DNA of 64,000 nucleotides from Lama glama (lineage: Eukaryota), in assembly GCA_028534125.1 (NCBI GenBank), contig CM052818.1, forward strand, positions 48,300,001 through 48,364,000. The letters run 5' to 3'. Of this stretch, positions 48,800 to 61,599 are shown one piece after another. Under the pieces are notes generated by a model, which did not search any database, was not told the DNA's origin, and saw only the letters and a program-made list of their open reading frames with translations. The stretch's first letter is position 1, and each line of letters opens with the position of its first letter. The position numbers and the translations under genes are program-made.

Positions 48800-49330
48800 A
48801 AAAAGAAGCAAAATTGAAGCTTTCAGGGTAACCAAATAATGGTAGAAAACAGTGTGGTGAACCGCATATAATAGGAACATTTACACTTGCTGATGAAGAG
48901 GAGGGACCAGAAGATGCTAACACGCATTCATACAGTGTGAGGAAAAAGGGAATTTTAGAGCTACCGTGGTGGGACCCGGGACTGTATTTTGAGGGCACTG
49001 ACACAGCAAAGACGTATGTGCCTGTACAGATACCAGCAAGAAACGGACATGGGACTCAAGAAAGTCCATGAATAGCGGACTACAGAATCTGTTGTATGAG
49101 GTTAATACAAACTTAAACTGTACAGCTGGGCTGACTGGCCCAAGAAAACACACAAAAATAGCCTGTAAACCCTGGGAAGATGATCTCAAGGAGGAAGAGA
49201 ACTGCTTGACTTGCTGTATAATTAGTGACTGCATCTCCCCTGTCACAGTGATTCACACGGGCACCAGTGATTCATACTTACTCTGCTTGTCTCCAGTATG
49301 GATCTGGAGATAAACTGAAGAAAGGGAAAT
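48800..49330 (+). mobile_element. Probable CR1/L3 LINE ORF2 endonuclease fossil
   Basis: Frame-shifting remnants in the expected order: GRKQCG (cf. GRKGGG), IYTC, VRKKG (cf. VRIKG), TVVG, and later 'cttgacttgc...catctc' (cf. FLTC...FIS). Compared with a remembered consensus only. Confidence 0.45.
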
Positions 49331-50989
49331 TCTAACTTGCAATAAAAGGAATTTTCCAAACAAGATAGACTCTTAAGGAACCAGCATTGTTATTAAGCAT
49401 TCATGCCGATTCTTCTTCCTCAATACTTACTGTGTCTGACGGTTTTGATCTTCCCAGTGACGGATGGGTTTTAGGAAGTTGAGGCTGCAAAAGAGCTGAG
49501 CGATCTGTCGAAGACTCTCCGTGTTCCTGGCACAAATTCAATTCTGGAATTTCTAGTTTAGCCTTCACTTTCATGGCTGACACTTACTAATGCTGGGGCC
49601 ATTAAAGCATGATTTCATGAAATCCCTAAAATGTATGGAATCACGATCTGTAAATATAATCCAGGAAGAGTATTTGCAAAAGGTCCAACAATATGACCAA
49701 TGCTTTGCAAGGGAAGGAATAGATACAATTGTTCCTTTCTGGCATGTTGAGTAGATTAAAATTCAGCCAGGAATGCGAGATGCATGCACGCAATTAAGAA
49801 AATTAAAGAAACATTAAATGTAACATGTTTAATTGAAAATCAGCAATAAGATACAGCAGAACAGAACACACTTTACTTAGCTCAAATCTCGAGACTCACA
49901 TTCTGCACCATTGCCTCCCAGGTCTGCGACTCCCTTCAGCAACGTGTCTCAGTTTCTTCCGTGGACAACAGGTCTCTGTGAGAGTAAGTGGGCTGACCCG
50001 TGTGACGTCCACTGGGTAGTACGGGATGGCTGAGTGACCCTGACCACTGCCCTCAATCTTCCCCAGATTCCATATGGCTCCCTGAGGGCTCACCATCCCC
50101 GATTCACAGTCCAGTCTGGGGCCAAATGAGGGCTAGACACAGGAACCAGACAGCTGGGGAGTTTATGACAAAGGGCGTCTGGTGGGAAGGTTTGGTTAAC
50201 ATGGGACCAAACGCACTTGCCAGCATTCCTGCCCGACTCCCCTCCGCTGAGGCAAATCCAGATCTGGGAGTCGCCAGCTGAGCAAACTCAGTGGGGAGAT
50301 TTGGGTCTGAACAGACACACATATGGAGGGAGACTGCATCCCACTGTCTCAGAGGAAACGGAAGAAAAAGAGTCCAAACTCTTCAGCAATAAATCTTTCA
50401 ATAGTGACTTTATCCAGTTAAGAAAAACGGATCCAGTCCTGCCACGACCAACCAGTTCAGAGAACACACTTTCCTCCACTGGGAGGAGTGAGTGAGGAGC
50501 GGCCAAGAAGCTGGGAAGGTCACTCTGGGGGGCGTCCCTCTTCCTGGCAAGGTGCGTGGGGCAGGAAATTAAGAATTTAACCAGCAAGCTTCATCAGTCT
50601 TCCTGTCCCTCAAGCCGTAGATATTGCCTTAGCTGTGATCGCGACCTGTCTGCACACCCACACCAGACCGGGCTCTACCCTCACGGCCATTCGTCCTCCC
50701 GTCATCCTCACATCCTGCAGGACCACCAGGCAGGCTCAGCTTTCTGTGCCTGGTGGTTAATCTCCTCCTTACATTTTCTACTTATTTTCAGGCCCTTGTG
50801 AACACCCTCCCACCTCTGTTTTCATAGCCCTTCTTCATTTCTGTGTTTAACCAGTTCCTCCATAATTCCTCCCCAGCTCAGGCTCGAAAAGTATCTTTTT
50901 GGCTCTTGTTTTCTTTGCTTCTCAGTAGAAAGCACTTACAATGCTTGTTACACCACGGTAGCCCCTGAGCCACAGGAGCTGTGGTAATA

Positions 50990-51340
50990 GTCACATTATT
51001 ATTACTCACAATGCACCGAGCACTGCATGAAACAGTCCATCTGTGCTGTTTACCACTCATTCTCCACGACACCCTACAATGAAGGGGGCTCCTTCAGGTC
51101 CATGGCGAGTTCAGTGAAGGTCGGCCGTGTAAGCTAGGCCCGAGTCCGGGAGGTGGGAGGCCCCCCTGAGGGAGACAATAAGGCACCCCTGGTCCTAGAG
51201 AGCGTCTGGTCCTTTCCTCTCGGTGCTGGCGAGGGGCTTCATTCTCGTGGGACTTGGAGGTCCTACCTGCCAGGACTGTGGCTAAGCAGTCTTTGTTCAT
51301 GTTGGGTTAGAACCCAGGCTTTCTGGCTCCTGGGTCTTGG
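50990..51340 (-). mobile_element. MIR fragments (antisense)
   Basis: 'tcattctccacgacaccctacaatgaagggg' and 'gttgggttagaacccaggctttctggctcctggg'. Confidence 0.5.
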
Positions 51341-53279
51341 GAACACGCTTTGATAGTGGAGAGATGGACAGAAGCAGTGTAAACAGCGTAGTAATGTGGT
51401 CGGTGCTTCACAGAGACTCCCAGTACCTGGACCATCTCGCACGTGCCACTAACGCCGTGTGACAGTTACTTCCAGCCATCTCTCACCCTCTTACGTGGAC
51501 AGATGTTGAATTCTGTGCATTTTGAAAAAATAAATGTCTATGTTTTGTCTTGTTTTCCTTTAAAGAATGAGTCTTGGTTTCAGCTGTATAATTAAGAAGT
51601 TCTACATGTATCAAAAATCAACTTTATTTATTATAATTAGTTTATTCCTCTGAAGACTATTAAGCCGGTTGACTCTACAGTGGTCACAGTTGAAATGGAT
51701 TGTGCCGGGTAGGGTCTTGCCAGAGCTAAATGAAAAAGAAGTCACACAGACGAACAAGTCACTGATAAAGGTTCGCACACGTTTACTGTCTGACCAGCGT
51801 GGCGGGCCCCTCGGAGAGTCAGGCTGGGAGGGGACCGGGCATGTGGCACTCACGCTTCATTGCCCGTGAGAGGAGACTGGATAAGGCATCTTAAAGACAG
51901 TTTCTCGGCAGCTGCAAGGGGGTTTTTTCTGTACACTCATTTACGTAGTTAAGAGACAAGTAAGTGAATCTTCATTCTCAGTCCACCAGCTAGCAAGTGT
52001 CAGACTGCAGCCCCACTCCCCTCACGCAGGAAGGGAATCCTCCACACGGCAGATCGCGTTCTTTCTTATGGGTGCAGGTGCACCCACGGCAGATTCTGGC
52101 AAAGAGAGTGATTTTCATCCTGGGACAAGCCTGCCTATTTCTTCTGCTTCCTCTTGCTCCTGCCCCCCAGTGGGGACAGCGGGAACGAGACGAATCACCG
52201 TGGCTCTAACCCAGCCCCCAGCCCCTTAGTCATGATTCATTCTGACAAGGGAAGTTTCAAAGCAACAAGTAAAAGATGATAAACAACATCCATCATTGCA
52301 TAAAGGAGTCAGGCTAAAAGCTTTCTGTCACGATTAGTAATACTGTTTAGTTTTCAGCTTCCCCTTTGCATTGCATTAGTGGCAAATGTGACATTCTGAG
52401 AGCAACCCAGGTTTGGAATGGACTACCTGTGGGATCGTGGTTTGGGATGAAACTGTTCTCCGCGGTGGCTGCCCTGCCTCCAGCCCGTGGAGCAGCCCCC
52501 GAGACCCGCTGAGGCCCGCGGTGGTGCCGGGAACGATGAAGGCCACCAAGACCCCACGCCTCACCCTTGACCTATTTCTGACTCCCTTTACCTACCCAGC
52601 TCCCTGCTCATGTTTCTGGAAAGCTGACCTGAGTCTCCCTGGAGCCCCTGTGTGTGCACGGCACTTCCCCAGAGCTCAAACGTTGGCTTTTGCTTCAGGT
52701 CTTGTCCTGTCTGGATCCCCAGACTCTTGCGGTCCCAGACACCCGGGGATGGAACATTCCACTTGGACCCGCAGAAGCTCACCTCTAACCCAACACACAT
52801 GGCTTTCATAAGGCTCCGTCAGTTGACAGTCACTATTGGAGGAAAATAATTTCATGGCATACCAGCTTTACACGCCCAATGTGGACTTTGAAAGCTCTTA
52901 TATGGAGTCATTCACAACATTTTTACTTTCCCAGAAATTCTACCATTAATCCTCTGTCCACTCAGGCTGTCCATTTTTCACTTCTTCCATGAGCAGCATT
53001 TCACATCTCATGCCCAACAAGCATTTCTATGCTTTGTGGTCGAATTCAGCCACAGTGATTCCCACACATAAGAGACTTTTCTTGCAAAGTAATTAACACA
53101 CAATGTGCTTGGTTCTCAGAACCAAGGAGGGAGGCAGGCACATCCCCGGAAGAGAGTCCTGGCGTCAGTCCCGGAGTCCACACTGAAATAATGATCCAAG
53201 GCTGTGCTCCTGCCCCAGAGCAGTTCCTATATAGTCAAAGAGCCGGAATGATAGCGAGGAGAGAGTGTTAGGAGGCAGG

Positions 53280-53400
53280 ATTTATATATACATTTTTTCT
53301 TATTTTGCTGATGAAGTAGTTGAGGATTAAGAATGCTGCAGACTCATCCCCAAAATTAGACAGCGTGTTAGGGCCAGATCTAGACGCTGAGTGTCTGGTG
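53280..53400 (-). mobile_element. MIR fragment (antisense)
   Basis: 'ttattttgctgatgaagtagttgagg...gactcatccccaaaattagacagc...agggccagatctagac'. Confidence 0.45.
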
Positions 53401-53996
53401 CCGTAGCTGCTTGTCTGGATGGTCTCAGTAGGTACAGCTGTCACTCATGGGTCTCTCCTCCCTGGTCAGTGAGCTGAGCTTCTCCCAAGTGCCTTCAGGC
53501 TCCAAACGAAGCAAGTGAAGGCAAGACCCAGGGGCAAGCACTTCTCATGTCTGTGTCCCATTTTCCGATGTTCAGTGGTCCAAATGAGCCTCAGGGCAAG
53601 CCCAGACTCAAGGGGTAGAGGCAGTGACATGACCACATTTGCAGACTCTCTACCACATCCGTTCACGGCCCTGATGCCGATCAGCTGTTGCTGCTGATCC
53701 GGGCCGTCAGCCCTACGCAGGGCAGTGCGGGTCTTGCAGAGGGGCTTCCTAGACGGGAACCGACCTTGTGAAGACAAGCTGTGAAGAAAACAGAGACTGA
53801 AGCGAAAGAAAATCGGGTAAAATGATGGATACGCTGAAACGGGTTAATAGACAAGGAAAGAACTCCAGAAGGTTGGCCTCCCTGAGGGAGCGCAGGGGTT
53901 AGCTGCCCCTGATTATTTGTGCTTGGTTGGACTTCCCTAATAGTTTTGCGTGGCGCTGGCCTGACTGGTTAATTTGTTAAAGGAAGCTCTGTAGAG

Positions 53997-54022
53997 GTAT
54001 GTGCGTGTGCGCGCACGTGCGT
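53997..54022. repeat. Alternating purine-pyrimidine tract (Z-DNA-prone)
   Basis: 'gtatgtgcgtgtgcgcgcacgtgcgt': 26 nt, strictly alternating, CG-rich. Confidence 0.85.
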
Positions 54023-54532
54023 TTGTGTTTGTCTGTGGGCAAACAGCTAGCTCCTTCAGGGACAATACCCTTACTGCCTCCTCCTCAGCATCCGTGCTGC
54101 ACTCGAGGGTCTCAGGGTATCCCCACGTGCGGCCTCTCACTGGATCCTCACGGCGGCCCGCGGGGAAACCATCACCCCCGTGACGCTAGAGAGGAGGGCT
54201 GAGAGGCAGGACCGCGGGAACCAGCTGGGGAACAGGACACGTGTTTTGGGTACTGAGAATATTATCAGCTTCAAAAGAGCGTCAGAGAAGACAAGGCTAG
54301 GACTTGCTTGATGTCACTTCAGGCCTTTACAGTGACCGAAAGACAACTTCCGTCAGGCCAAGCCTACGCTCCAGCGGCTCTCAGGCTGTCACCCTGTGGT
54401 CCAAACATAAAGCAAATCGAAAGTAAACCAGTGCTAGGTGACTTTTTAAAACAGATTCCTTTAATTAAATCACTTCTTCTTACACAGGGACAGACCTATA
54501 AGACAATAGCCTCTTTAAAAACTAGATTCGGG

Positions 54533-54678
54533 GGCACAGGGGACTACATTCAGTACCTTATAATAGCCTATTATGGAAAAGAATGTATATAAAGATATAT
54601 GCACAACAGAATCACTATGCTGTACCCCAGAGATTAACACAACATTGTAAACTGGCTACACTTCAGTTAAAAAAAAAA
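54533..54678 (+). mobile_element. L1 3' end, 5'-truncated, with poly(A)
   Basis: 'ggcacaggggactacattcagtaccttataatagcctattatggaaaagaat...aatcactatgctgtaccccagagattaacacaacattgtaaactggctacacttcagttaaaaaaaaaa'. Confidence 0.9.
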
Positions 54679-56374
54679 TAGAACCGAGGGATGCAATCAT
54701 CCCTCAGCCGAGTGGCCAGCAGACGTGCCTGGGGCACCGGACCTCACCGCTGAGATGGCTGGGCCTGTAAGTCTGAGGCCACCTATGCAAAGTTAATTAC
54801 GTGAAATTCTAAACTTGGTTTTTATTTCACTGGAATTCAGGTCCTTCCAATCTGCCATGTGTACAAAACCTGTGCTCACTGTCAGCGGTCTCGAGGGTTA
54901 ATCGGTTTGACGGGAAGCAGAGCGAATACCTGAACCCAGCCCACAGTTTCCCAGCGACGTGGACAGCACGAGGGGTCTGGGCGGCCCACTGCCGAAGCGC
55001 AGAAGTGAGTGTCGGCCACCTGGGAGTGTGTGGGACGGGTCCTTGGCAGAGGGGCCACAGAGTAAGACGTTGAAGGATGAGCAAAAAATTGCAGGTGTAG
55101 GGAAAACAGAGAAGAGGTTAATTCATTCCAGCAGGGAGGAGAGCACGCAGCAGAATCGGGGCGTGGACGCTCACGGGTCCCTCGGGAGAAGGTCATTTTC
55201 TGTGCCTCTAACAAAGGGCTTTTGGAACTTGGGGATGAAGAAGAGGAAGACAAAACGTGTGCTGCAGACCAGCTGTGAAAGCGCCTAGAGAGCCTGAATG
55301 CTCGTGTGCGGGCGAGGGCCCGAGGAATGTTAGAGAATTCTCGGCAATGATAATTTTGTTCTCAGGTCAAGTCTCATGAGATAGGTTTACTTTGATTTGT
55401 AGAATCTGCTCATGTATGCTGATCTAGATGGATCTACACATTTCTGGGAATTTATTGAACAATTTCCAGACAGCAGGTTTAAGTGAGGCTGAGATCCATC
55501 AGCGAAAAAAATCCCATAGTAAATGATCATTCTTTCAAACACCATCTTGAGTTTATATACCATTTTTTTCTTCCAAATTATTCCAAGCACTTCATATACA
55601 TCATTGCATTTTTTTCTAATGTGTTTGAGACTTAATTGGGTCCATGTATCACCGTGCTCATTTATTTTATAAATATTGACATCTGACATATTGGTTACAG
55701 AATCTGCTTAAGATAACACGGCATCAAACTGTCATCAGTCTACGCGTGGGTACCCATCATTTTGCATGAAAGTGGCCATGTAAATAAAAATGTTACAAGC
55801 ACTTCTCTCTAATTGATTGCGCACATTGAATATATTTACATTGACTTTATAGTTTTAAAATAAATTGTTACCAGCACATTATACAAATTTGTAGCACTAC
55901 AGAAATAAAATATTTAACAAGAAAAAAAACAGAAATATAACACATCTTATTATTCCAGTTATAAGAACATTCTTTGCACACTGTCCATGAAGTGGTTACA
56001 GATGCATATTACTCCAGGGGCCAATAGGGTGGAATAAATCCCGAATTAACTAGGTGAAAGGTAAGTAGAGATGAGGTGGCTGGGAGGAAACGGAAATGGC
56101 AGACCAGGGCTAAATGCGTTGAGATTTAAGTTCAAACAGCAGCAGATTCTGGTGTGAACCAAACAATTTACACCTCGAGGTGAATTTGGTCCAGGACAGT
56201 GGTTCACAGCTGTTGCTCATCTGTGCACATTTACATAGATGTGAGGTTAGACAAGCAGAGAGAAAAACAAAAGTATAGGAAAAAACCATCTCATAAAAAT
56301 GAGACCAGGCTGTGTTATTTTACAAATTATTTGAACATTAGTTCTACTTTAAGCTAACAGAAAAAAAAATTACT

Positions 56375-57810
56375 TTCATAGAAAAATTAACTCAAAATGG
56401 ATCATAGACCTAAATTTAAAATTAAAAACAAACAAAAAATTATAAACCTAGAAGATAACACGGGAGAAAATGCAGATGGCCTTGGGTATGGCAATGGCCT
56501 TTTAGATATAACACCAAAGACACAAGGCATCCAAGAAGTATTGATAAGGTGGTCTTTACTAAAATCAAAAGCTCTGCTCTGTGAAAAACAGTAGCAAGAG
56601 AATTAGAAGACAAGACACAGATTGGGAGGAAATATTTGTAAAAAACACACCTGCTAAAGGACTGCTAGCCAAAATATATAAAGAACTCTTAAAATTCAAC
56701 AATAAGAAAACAAACCACTCAATTACAAAATTGGCCAAAGACCTTGACAGACACCTCACCAAAGAAAATATACAGGTGGAAAATACACATATGAAAAGAT
56801 GCTCCATTTTAAAGGTCATTGTAAATTACAATAGCCATTGGGTACCACTACACACTTATTAGAATGACCAAAAGCCACATGCCATTAACACCAAATGCTG
56901 GTGAGGATGGGGAGAAACGGGAACTCTCTCACTCATTGCTGGTGGGAATGCAAGATGGTGTAGACGCTTTGAAGGACAGTTCGGCTTTTAATTTTTCTGA
57001 CAATACTAAATACCCTTTAACAATATAATCCAGCAGTCACACTTCTTGGTATTTAGGTCTACACAAACACCTGTGCAAGGATGTTTATAGTAGCTCTATT
57101 CATAAATGCCAAAACTTGAAAATGACCAAAGTCCTCTCAGTAGATGAACAAGTAGATGAACTGTGGTCTGTCCAGACAACGGAGCATCATTCGGTGCTAA
57201 GAAGAAACACAAAGGGTAGGGAGAGCTCAGTGGTCGAGTGCGTGCTTAGCATGCACAAGGTCCTGGGTTCAATCCTCCATACCTCCATGAAGGAGAAGGA
57301 GAAGGAATAAATATCAAGCCATGAAAAGACATGGGGGAATCTTAAACACACATTGCTAAGTGAAAGAAGTCAATGTGAAAAAAGCTGCAAACTGTAGGAT
57401 CCTCGCTATGTGACATTCTGGAAAAGGCAAAAGTACGAGGGCAGTGAACAGACCAGGCGTTGCCGGGAGTGAGGGCGGGGAAGGTGAGCAGGCAGAGCAC
57501 AGAGTTTTTAGGACAATAAAAATACTCTGCGTGACAGTGTAATGATGGATTATATCTTTACAGGTTTCTCCAAATCCATAGTGTACACAGGATCAAGAAT
57601 GGGCGCTAATGTAAACCATGTTCTGTGGGTGGTTATGGCCTGTTAATGGAGGTGCATCCTCGGTTAAAAAAAACAAAACTGCCAACCTAAGTGACTTTGG
57701 GGGAGACCACGCGTGCCTGGAGGCAGGGGCTGGGGGCTGAATCTCTCCCTTCCTCTCAATTTTGTTGTAAGCCTAAAACTGCTCTAAAAAATGAAATCTT
57801 AAAAAAATGT
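56375..57810 (+). mobile_element. L1MC-like ORF2 C-terminus plus 3'UTR (decayed), interrupted by a camelid SINE
   Basis: The ORF-track peptide 'RQDTDWEEIFVKNTPAKGLLAKIYKELLKFNNKKTNHSITKLAKDLDRHLTKENIQVENTHMKRCS' is clearly L1 ORF2 C-terminal. The 3'UTR runs 'gctaatgtaaaccatg...ctcaattttgttgtaagcctaaaactgctctaaaaaa'. Confidence 0.95.
57214..57305 (+). mobile_element. Camelid tRNA-Ala-derived SINE (vic-1 type) nested in L1
   Basis: 'gggtagggagagctcagtggtcgagtgcgtgcttagcatgcacaaggtcctgggttcaatcctccatacctcca' plus a purine tail; same family as the copy at 17282. Confidence 0.9.
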
Positions 57811-58154
57811 AACCAAAGGAACCACTGACTTCCATCTTTTCTAAATATTTGGTTCCAAAACAGGTTCTAGAGGTAATGACGGGGTGATGTAAAGCAATCA
57901 GACGTTGCCATGGTTACACTTCAGTTTAAGGATCTGTTCCATTTTTGCACAGGTTGATGTGCTGTGTAGTGTAGTTAGTGAAGAAAATAGTGCCTCTATG
58001 TTTTTCTTTTCTCACCTCTTGGTTTCTAAAATTATATGTAGCTTGAATTTTCTATCGTTATATTCAGTTCGATAGCTGTTACGTGTTGGGGTAGCTCAAA
58101 TTCTGTATTGAAATTGATTCACAATTTCACTATGACTCTTTTTTTCCCCCAATA

Positions 58155-58320
58155 TTTTTTTTTTAATTTTATTTTTAATTGAAATGTAGTTGACTTCAAT
58201 GTTAGTTTCAGGTGTATAGCAAGGTGATTCACGAATACGTATATATTTTTTTCAGATTCTTTTCCATTGTATGTTATTATAAGACATTGCATATAGTTCC
58301 CTGTGCTACGCAGTAGGTCC
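58155..58320 (-). mobile_element. Cetartiodactyl-type L1 3' end, 5'-truncated (antisense)
   Basis: Poly(T) then 'tgaaatgtagttgacttcaatgttagtttcaggtgtatagcaaggtgattc...aagacattgcatatagttccctgtgctacgcagtaggtcc'. Confidence 0.9.
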
Positions 58321-58559
58321 CCAAAATGTCTTCATTCCAATAATTTCTGTGTTGACTTCTTGTTTGATTGAGTTTCATCTTCATTAAGAGCAAACAGTTC
58401 TCGAATCCACATGCTGCCTTGCACCTGAGTGATGTCTTAGCAGGGACAGAAGCCCGGATCAGGCTCCTCTCCCTCAGGATGCTCTCCTGCCTTCCTGCAC
58501 CGAGTCCAGCACACTTTTTGCACCATGTTTCTCTGCACATCTACTGAGGGATCAGTTAT

Positions 58560-58825
58560 TTCATTAAGTAAACTTTGTTTCAAAAGAACATATGCGGGTT
58601 ACTTTTTTCATGCTTGAGGACGTCTTCCTGTTTCCTTTTTTACAGTAAAATTAACTGGGCATGTAATATTCTTGGCTCACATTTCCTTTCCCTAAGAAAT
58701 TAGTAGCTATTCCTCCACTGCCAGATTCCTGGCATTGACAATTGGTGCTGAAAAGCATGAAACACGACGTGAAGTTTCATCACTTTAAGGAGGCTGAATT
58801 TTTCTACTTGGTTTACGAAAATAAA
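58560..58825 (-). mobile_element. Old L1/HAL1 ORF1-region fragment (antisense)
   Basis: 'ttaactgggcatgtaatattcttggctcacatttcctttccc...tcctccactg...ttcctggcattg...tgctgaaaag'. Confidence 0.55.
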
Positions 58826-58876
58826 TTTCCTTCCTCTCTCCCTCCCTCGTCTGCTTGCTTCCTTCCTTCTTTCCCT
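58826..58876. repeat. (CCTT/CCCT)n pyrimidine tract
   Basis: 'ttccttcctctctccctccctc...ttccttccttctttccctccctccctccttccttccc'. Confidence 0.85.
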
Positions 58877-59059
58877 CCCTCCCTCCTTCCTTCCCGGTTT
58901 CTGGATGTCAAGTGCACACATCATTGGACTATGGATTAGTCATTTAAGTTCATGAAAAACACATTAGTCCACATGTGTATCACAACCATTTATTTAGCAA
59001 ATTGCCTATTTATGATCTTTTGATAAGCACAGAACTCCCAGGGCGAAGAAAAGCCAGAA

Positions 59060-59700
59060 CGTTGAATGTAACCTACACTTTGCTAGTTAGTGTTCCCCGT
59101 CCCATCACCTTTGTAACCGATGGGGGGCAACTCTTGGCACCTCATCATCATTTGGTGTGCCTTCTCACAGGCAGCTTTATTATCTTAGTCGCTTTAACTT
59201 CTCAAAATATGTTTTATGCTGCAGACAATCTTTTAGGATTTACTCTGCTCTCTTATTGCTGAGGTTTCTCATATGGTCGTGTGTCCTTGTTACCAATTTA
59301 TCCGAGTGCTCTAACGTATATTATGCTTATTCATCTGTTTTCTTTTGATACACTTTTCGATTGTTTCCAGATTTTTGCCTCATGGTGTCTTGATATGAAT
59401 ATTCGCATCCAGATAGTTTTCTCTTGTCTTTTTTTTTTCCAGTAGAACAGGTGTAAAATGATTATTCCTGGTGGTGTTAAATCGCACGCCCTTGGCCTCT
59501 GAGAGCTTCGGCCATGCCTCTCTGTGTCTGTTAGCTGTTTGTGTTTCCTCCCCTGTAGAACACCTGTTCACATCTGCCCCTTGTTCTGCTGTGGCTTGTG
59601 TTTTTATTACTGATTTTCAGGAACATTTATATGACACTTGTGTTCATTTTTTGCATTTATTAAAACTCTCTCTCTCCATTTCGTAACTTTACTTTTTAGA
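59060..59700 (-). mobile_element. L1ME-like fragments (antisense)
   Basis: 'gatacacttttcgattgtttccagatttttg', 'aggtgtaaaatgattattcctggtggtgttaaatcgcac', 'tgttagctgtttgtgtttcctcccctgtagaacacctgttca'. Confidence 0.65.
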
Positions 59701-61195
59701 CCCCATGACTCTAGAAAGAAGTTTTTGGAGAGAATCTATATCTTGATTTTGTTCTTTATTATGGGCTGAATTTAGCAAGGTGTGGCGAGAAGCAGAGAGC
59801 TAAAGACAGGAGTAACTAGTTCATAAGATGAAATGAAAGGAAATAAAGTACAAAAATGAAGTCCTTGTGGGCTGGAGAATCCAATGACTATAAACCCCTC
59901 TGAATATTAAATGATATTGAAACATGAGGACTCAGTCTTGTGAAAACAGCTGCCTGATTTACCATAAGCCTCCCCTTTGTCAAAGGTCAGAGTAGGGATG
60001 GGGGACCAGGAGGTCACGGGGGGTGAAGCCTGGTGATGGACAGCAGGAGTGGCGAGCATCACAGAGGTTTCTGAGTCTCACGTTGTTACCTACCAGAAGA
60101 GGCCTGGAACTTCCAAGTCAGCACAGTGCCTTGTCCAAAGGACACCAGCCAGCCTTTGTCATCTTCTACCCCAGAACAGGCAATGTGGCCATGGGGGCAG
60201 CCTGTGACCATGTAAAGGCTGTGTCTGCAGCACAGAGCAAGAAGGGACCAGCGGGGCGCCTGGGCCCCACACACCTGCACTGACTCCGTTGGACTCAGAT
60301 GCTGTGTGGAGAGTTCGCTATCTAGACATGCAGATTGTTTCATCTGAAGGTCAGCTTGTCACAGCAGCTGGCATAACTCACCCTGACTAACAGGAACTGT
60401 CTCCAAACTCCCCGGCACCTCCCTTTACACAGCACAGACATCCATGATGTCTACTCAGCAAAACGGTGTCACGACGTCAGAGGACTTGATCTGTTCCAAA
60501 GGGACACAGGGTTACTTCTCTGTTCCTTTTTTCACAGGATATTAATTAGCCCCTGAGGAATAAAACCATAAAGTGGCTCAGAGATCAGCTTAGCAGTGCT
60601 TTTGGCTCTTTGTGTTGGCCAGAGCGCTGATTAATTTTTTAATTAGTCCTATGACTTCCTTCTTGAAATGCATGTTCCCGAATAGTAACTATGGAGCAGC
60701 TGCAGGCTTCCATCCACTTAGTCGGAGGGTAGCCGGGTCCTGCTCTGTAAGACAAGGCAGCTCAGCCCCACGCAAGGCCACCACCTCCAGCTCCTCCAGG
60801 TCACTCGGCCTCTCTTGCGATCCTTTGCTCTCAGATGACAGTTCAGCAGTATCTGTGTGGCTCAGTTCCTAAGCTGTATGTGCCTTCTCTGTGCATCGCC
60901 ATGCCTCTGCCTAGACTGTGTCTTCTTCTGGAGCAACTCATTCCCCACGAGTGGCAGCCTCTGCATAACTCTGAAAGAAGTGATGTAGGCACGTCCCTGG
61001 CTTGTATGGACTGCTCAGTACGTGTTAGTTATTACAGCGTCATCAGTTCATACGAACACAATGTATTAAAAATCTTACAGCCAGACTTCCTGCCTTTATG
61101 TTATGCTTCTCTGGGAAGCAAGCTGAGAATCATACCTGCTGTCACTATTTTAAAATATGATTGAGTTATTCTGTACAATTCTGCACACTGTCAAA

Positions 61196-61230
61196 GGCAA
61201 GGAGAGGGAGAGAGAGAGGGAGAGAGAGAG
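61196..61230. repeat. (GA)n purine microsatellite
   Basis: 'ggagagggagagagagagggagagagagag'. Confidence 0.9.
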
Positions 61231-61599
61231 CGCATTGGTTCCAGAGAGAAATGACGTTCCCATCCCACTCTGTCGATTACCAGAGTCAACCGAATGGCTC
61301 TGCAAGCATAGCTCACCGTCGTGGAGGCGGCTTCTCTGCTACAGGGTCGTCTTCAATTAGATCGAGTGCCTGTGAGGGCGGCTGGGAGACCCGGTACCTA
61401 GTCCACGTGCATGGCCAACCCCCGCTCTCTCTGTGAATGCACCTCTGTTAAGGTCACCCCTCTCCTTTCAGACATTCCTGGGTTTTATGTCCCCTACAGA
61501 ATACGCATAAAATCCTCAGTTCAGCTGAGGTTTCTGGTGGCTTCTGCCACGCCCCTTTACGCTCCGTGTACTCCTCACGTGACCCCGCTTTGCTGATTT

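Noticed and set aside
54686..54705. Perfect 8-bp hairpin GAGGGATG-CAAT-CATCCCTC
   Set aside because: Too short for a pre-miRNA, and such stems occur by chance in 64 kb. Bacterial-type terminators are irrelevant here.
55387..55689. 100-aa minus-strand ORF in AT-rich sequence (possible transposase or exon)
   Set aside because: It contains a MIR3-like 3' segment ('aatgatgtatatgaagtgctt...tatataaact') and has no recognisable domain.
56397..56862. ORFs with clear protein similarity
   Set aside because: They are frameshifted remnants of the L1 ORF2 C-terminus, not a functional CDS.
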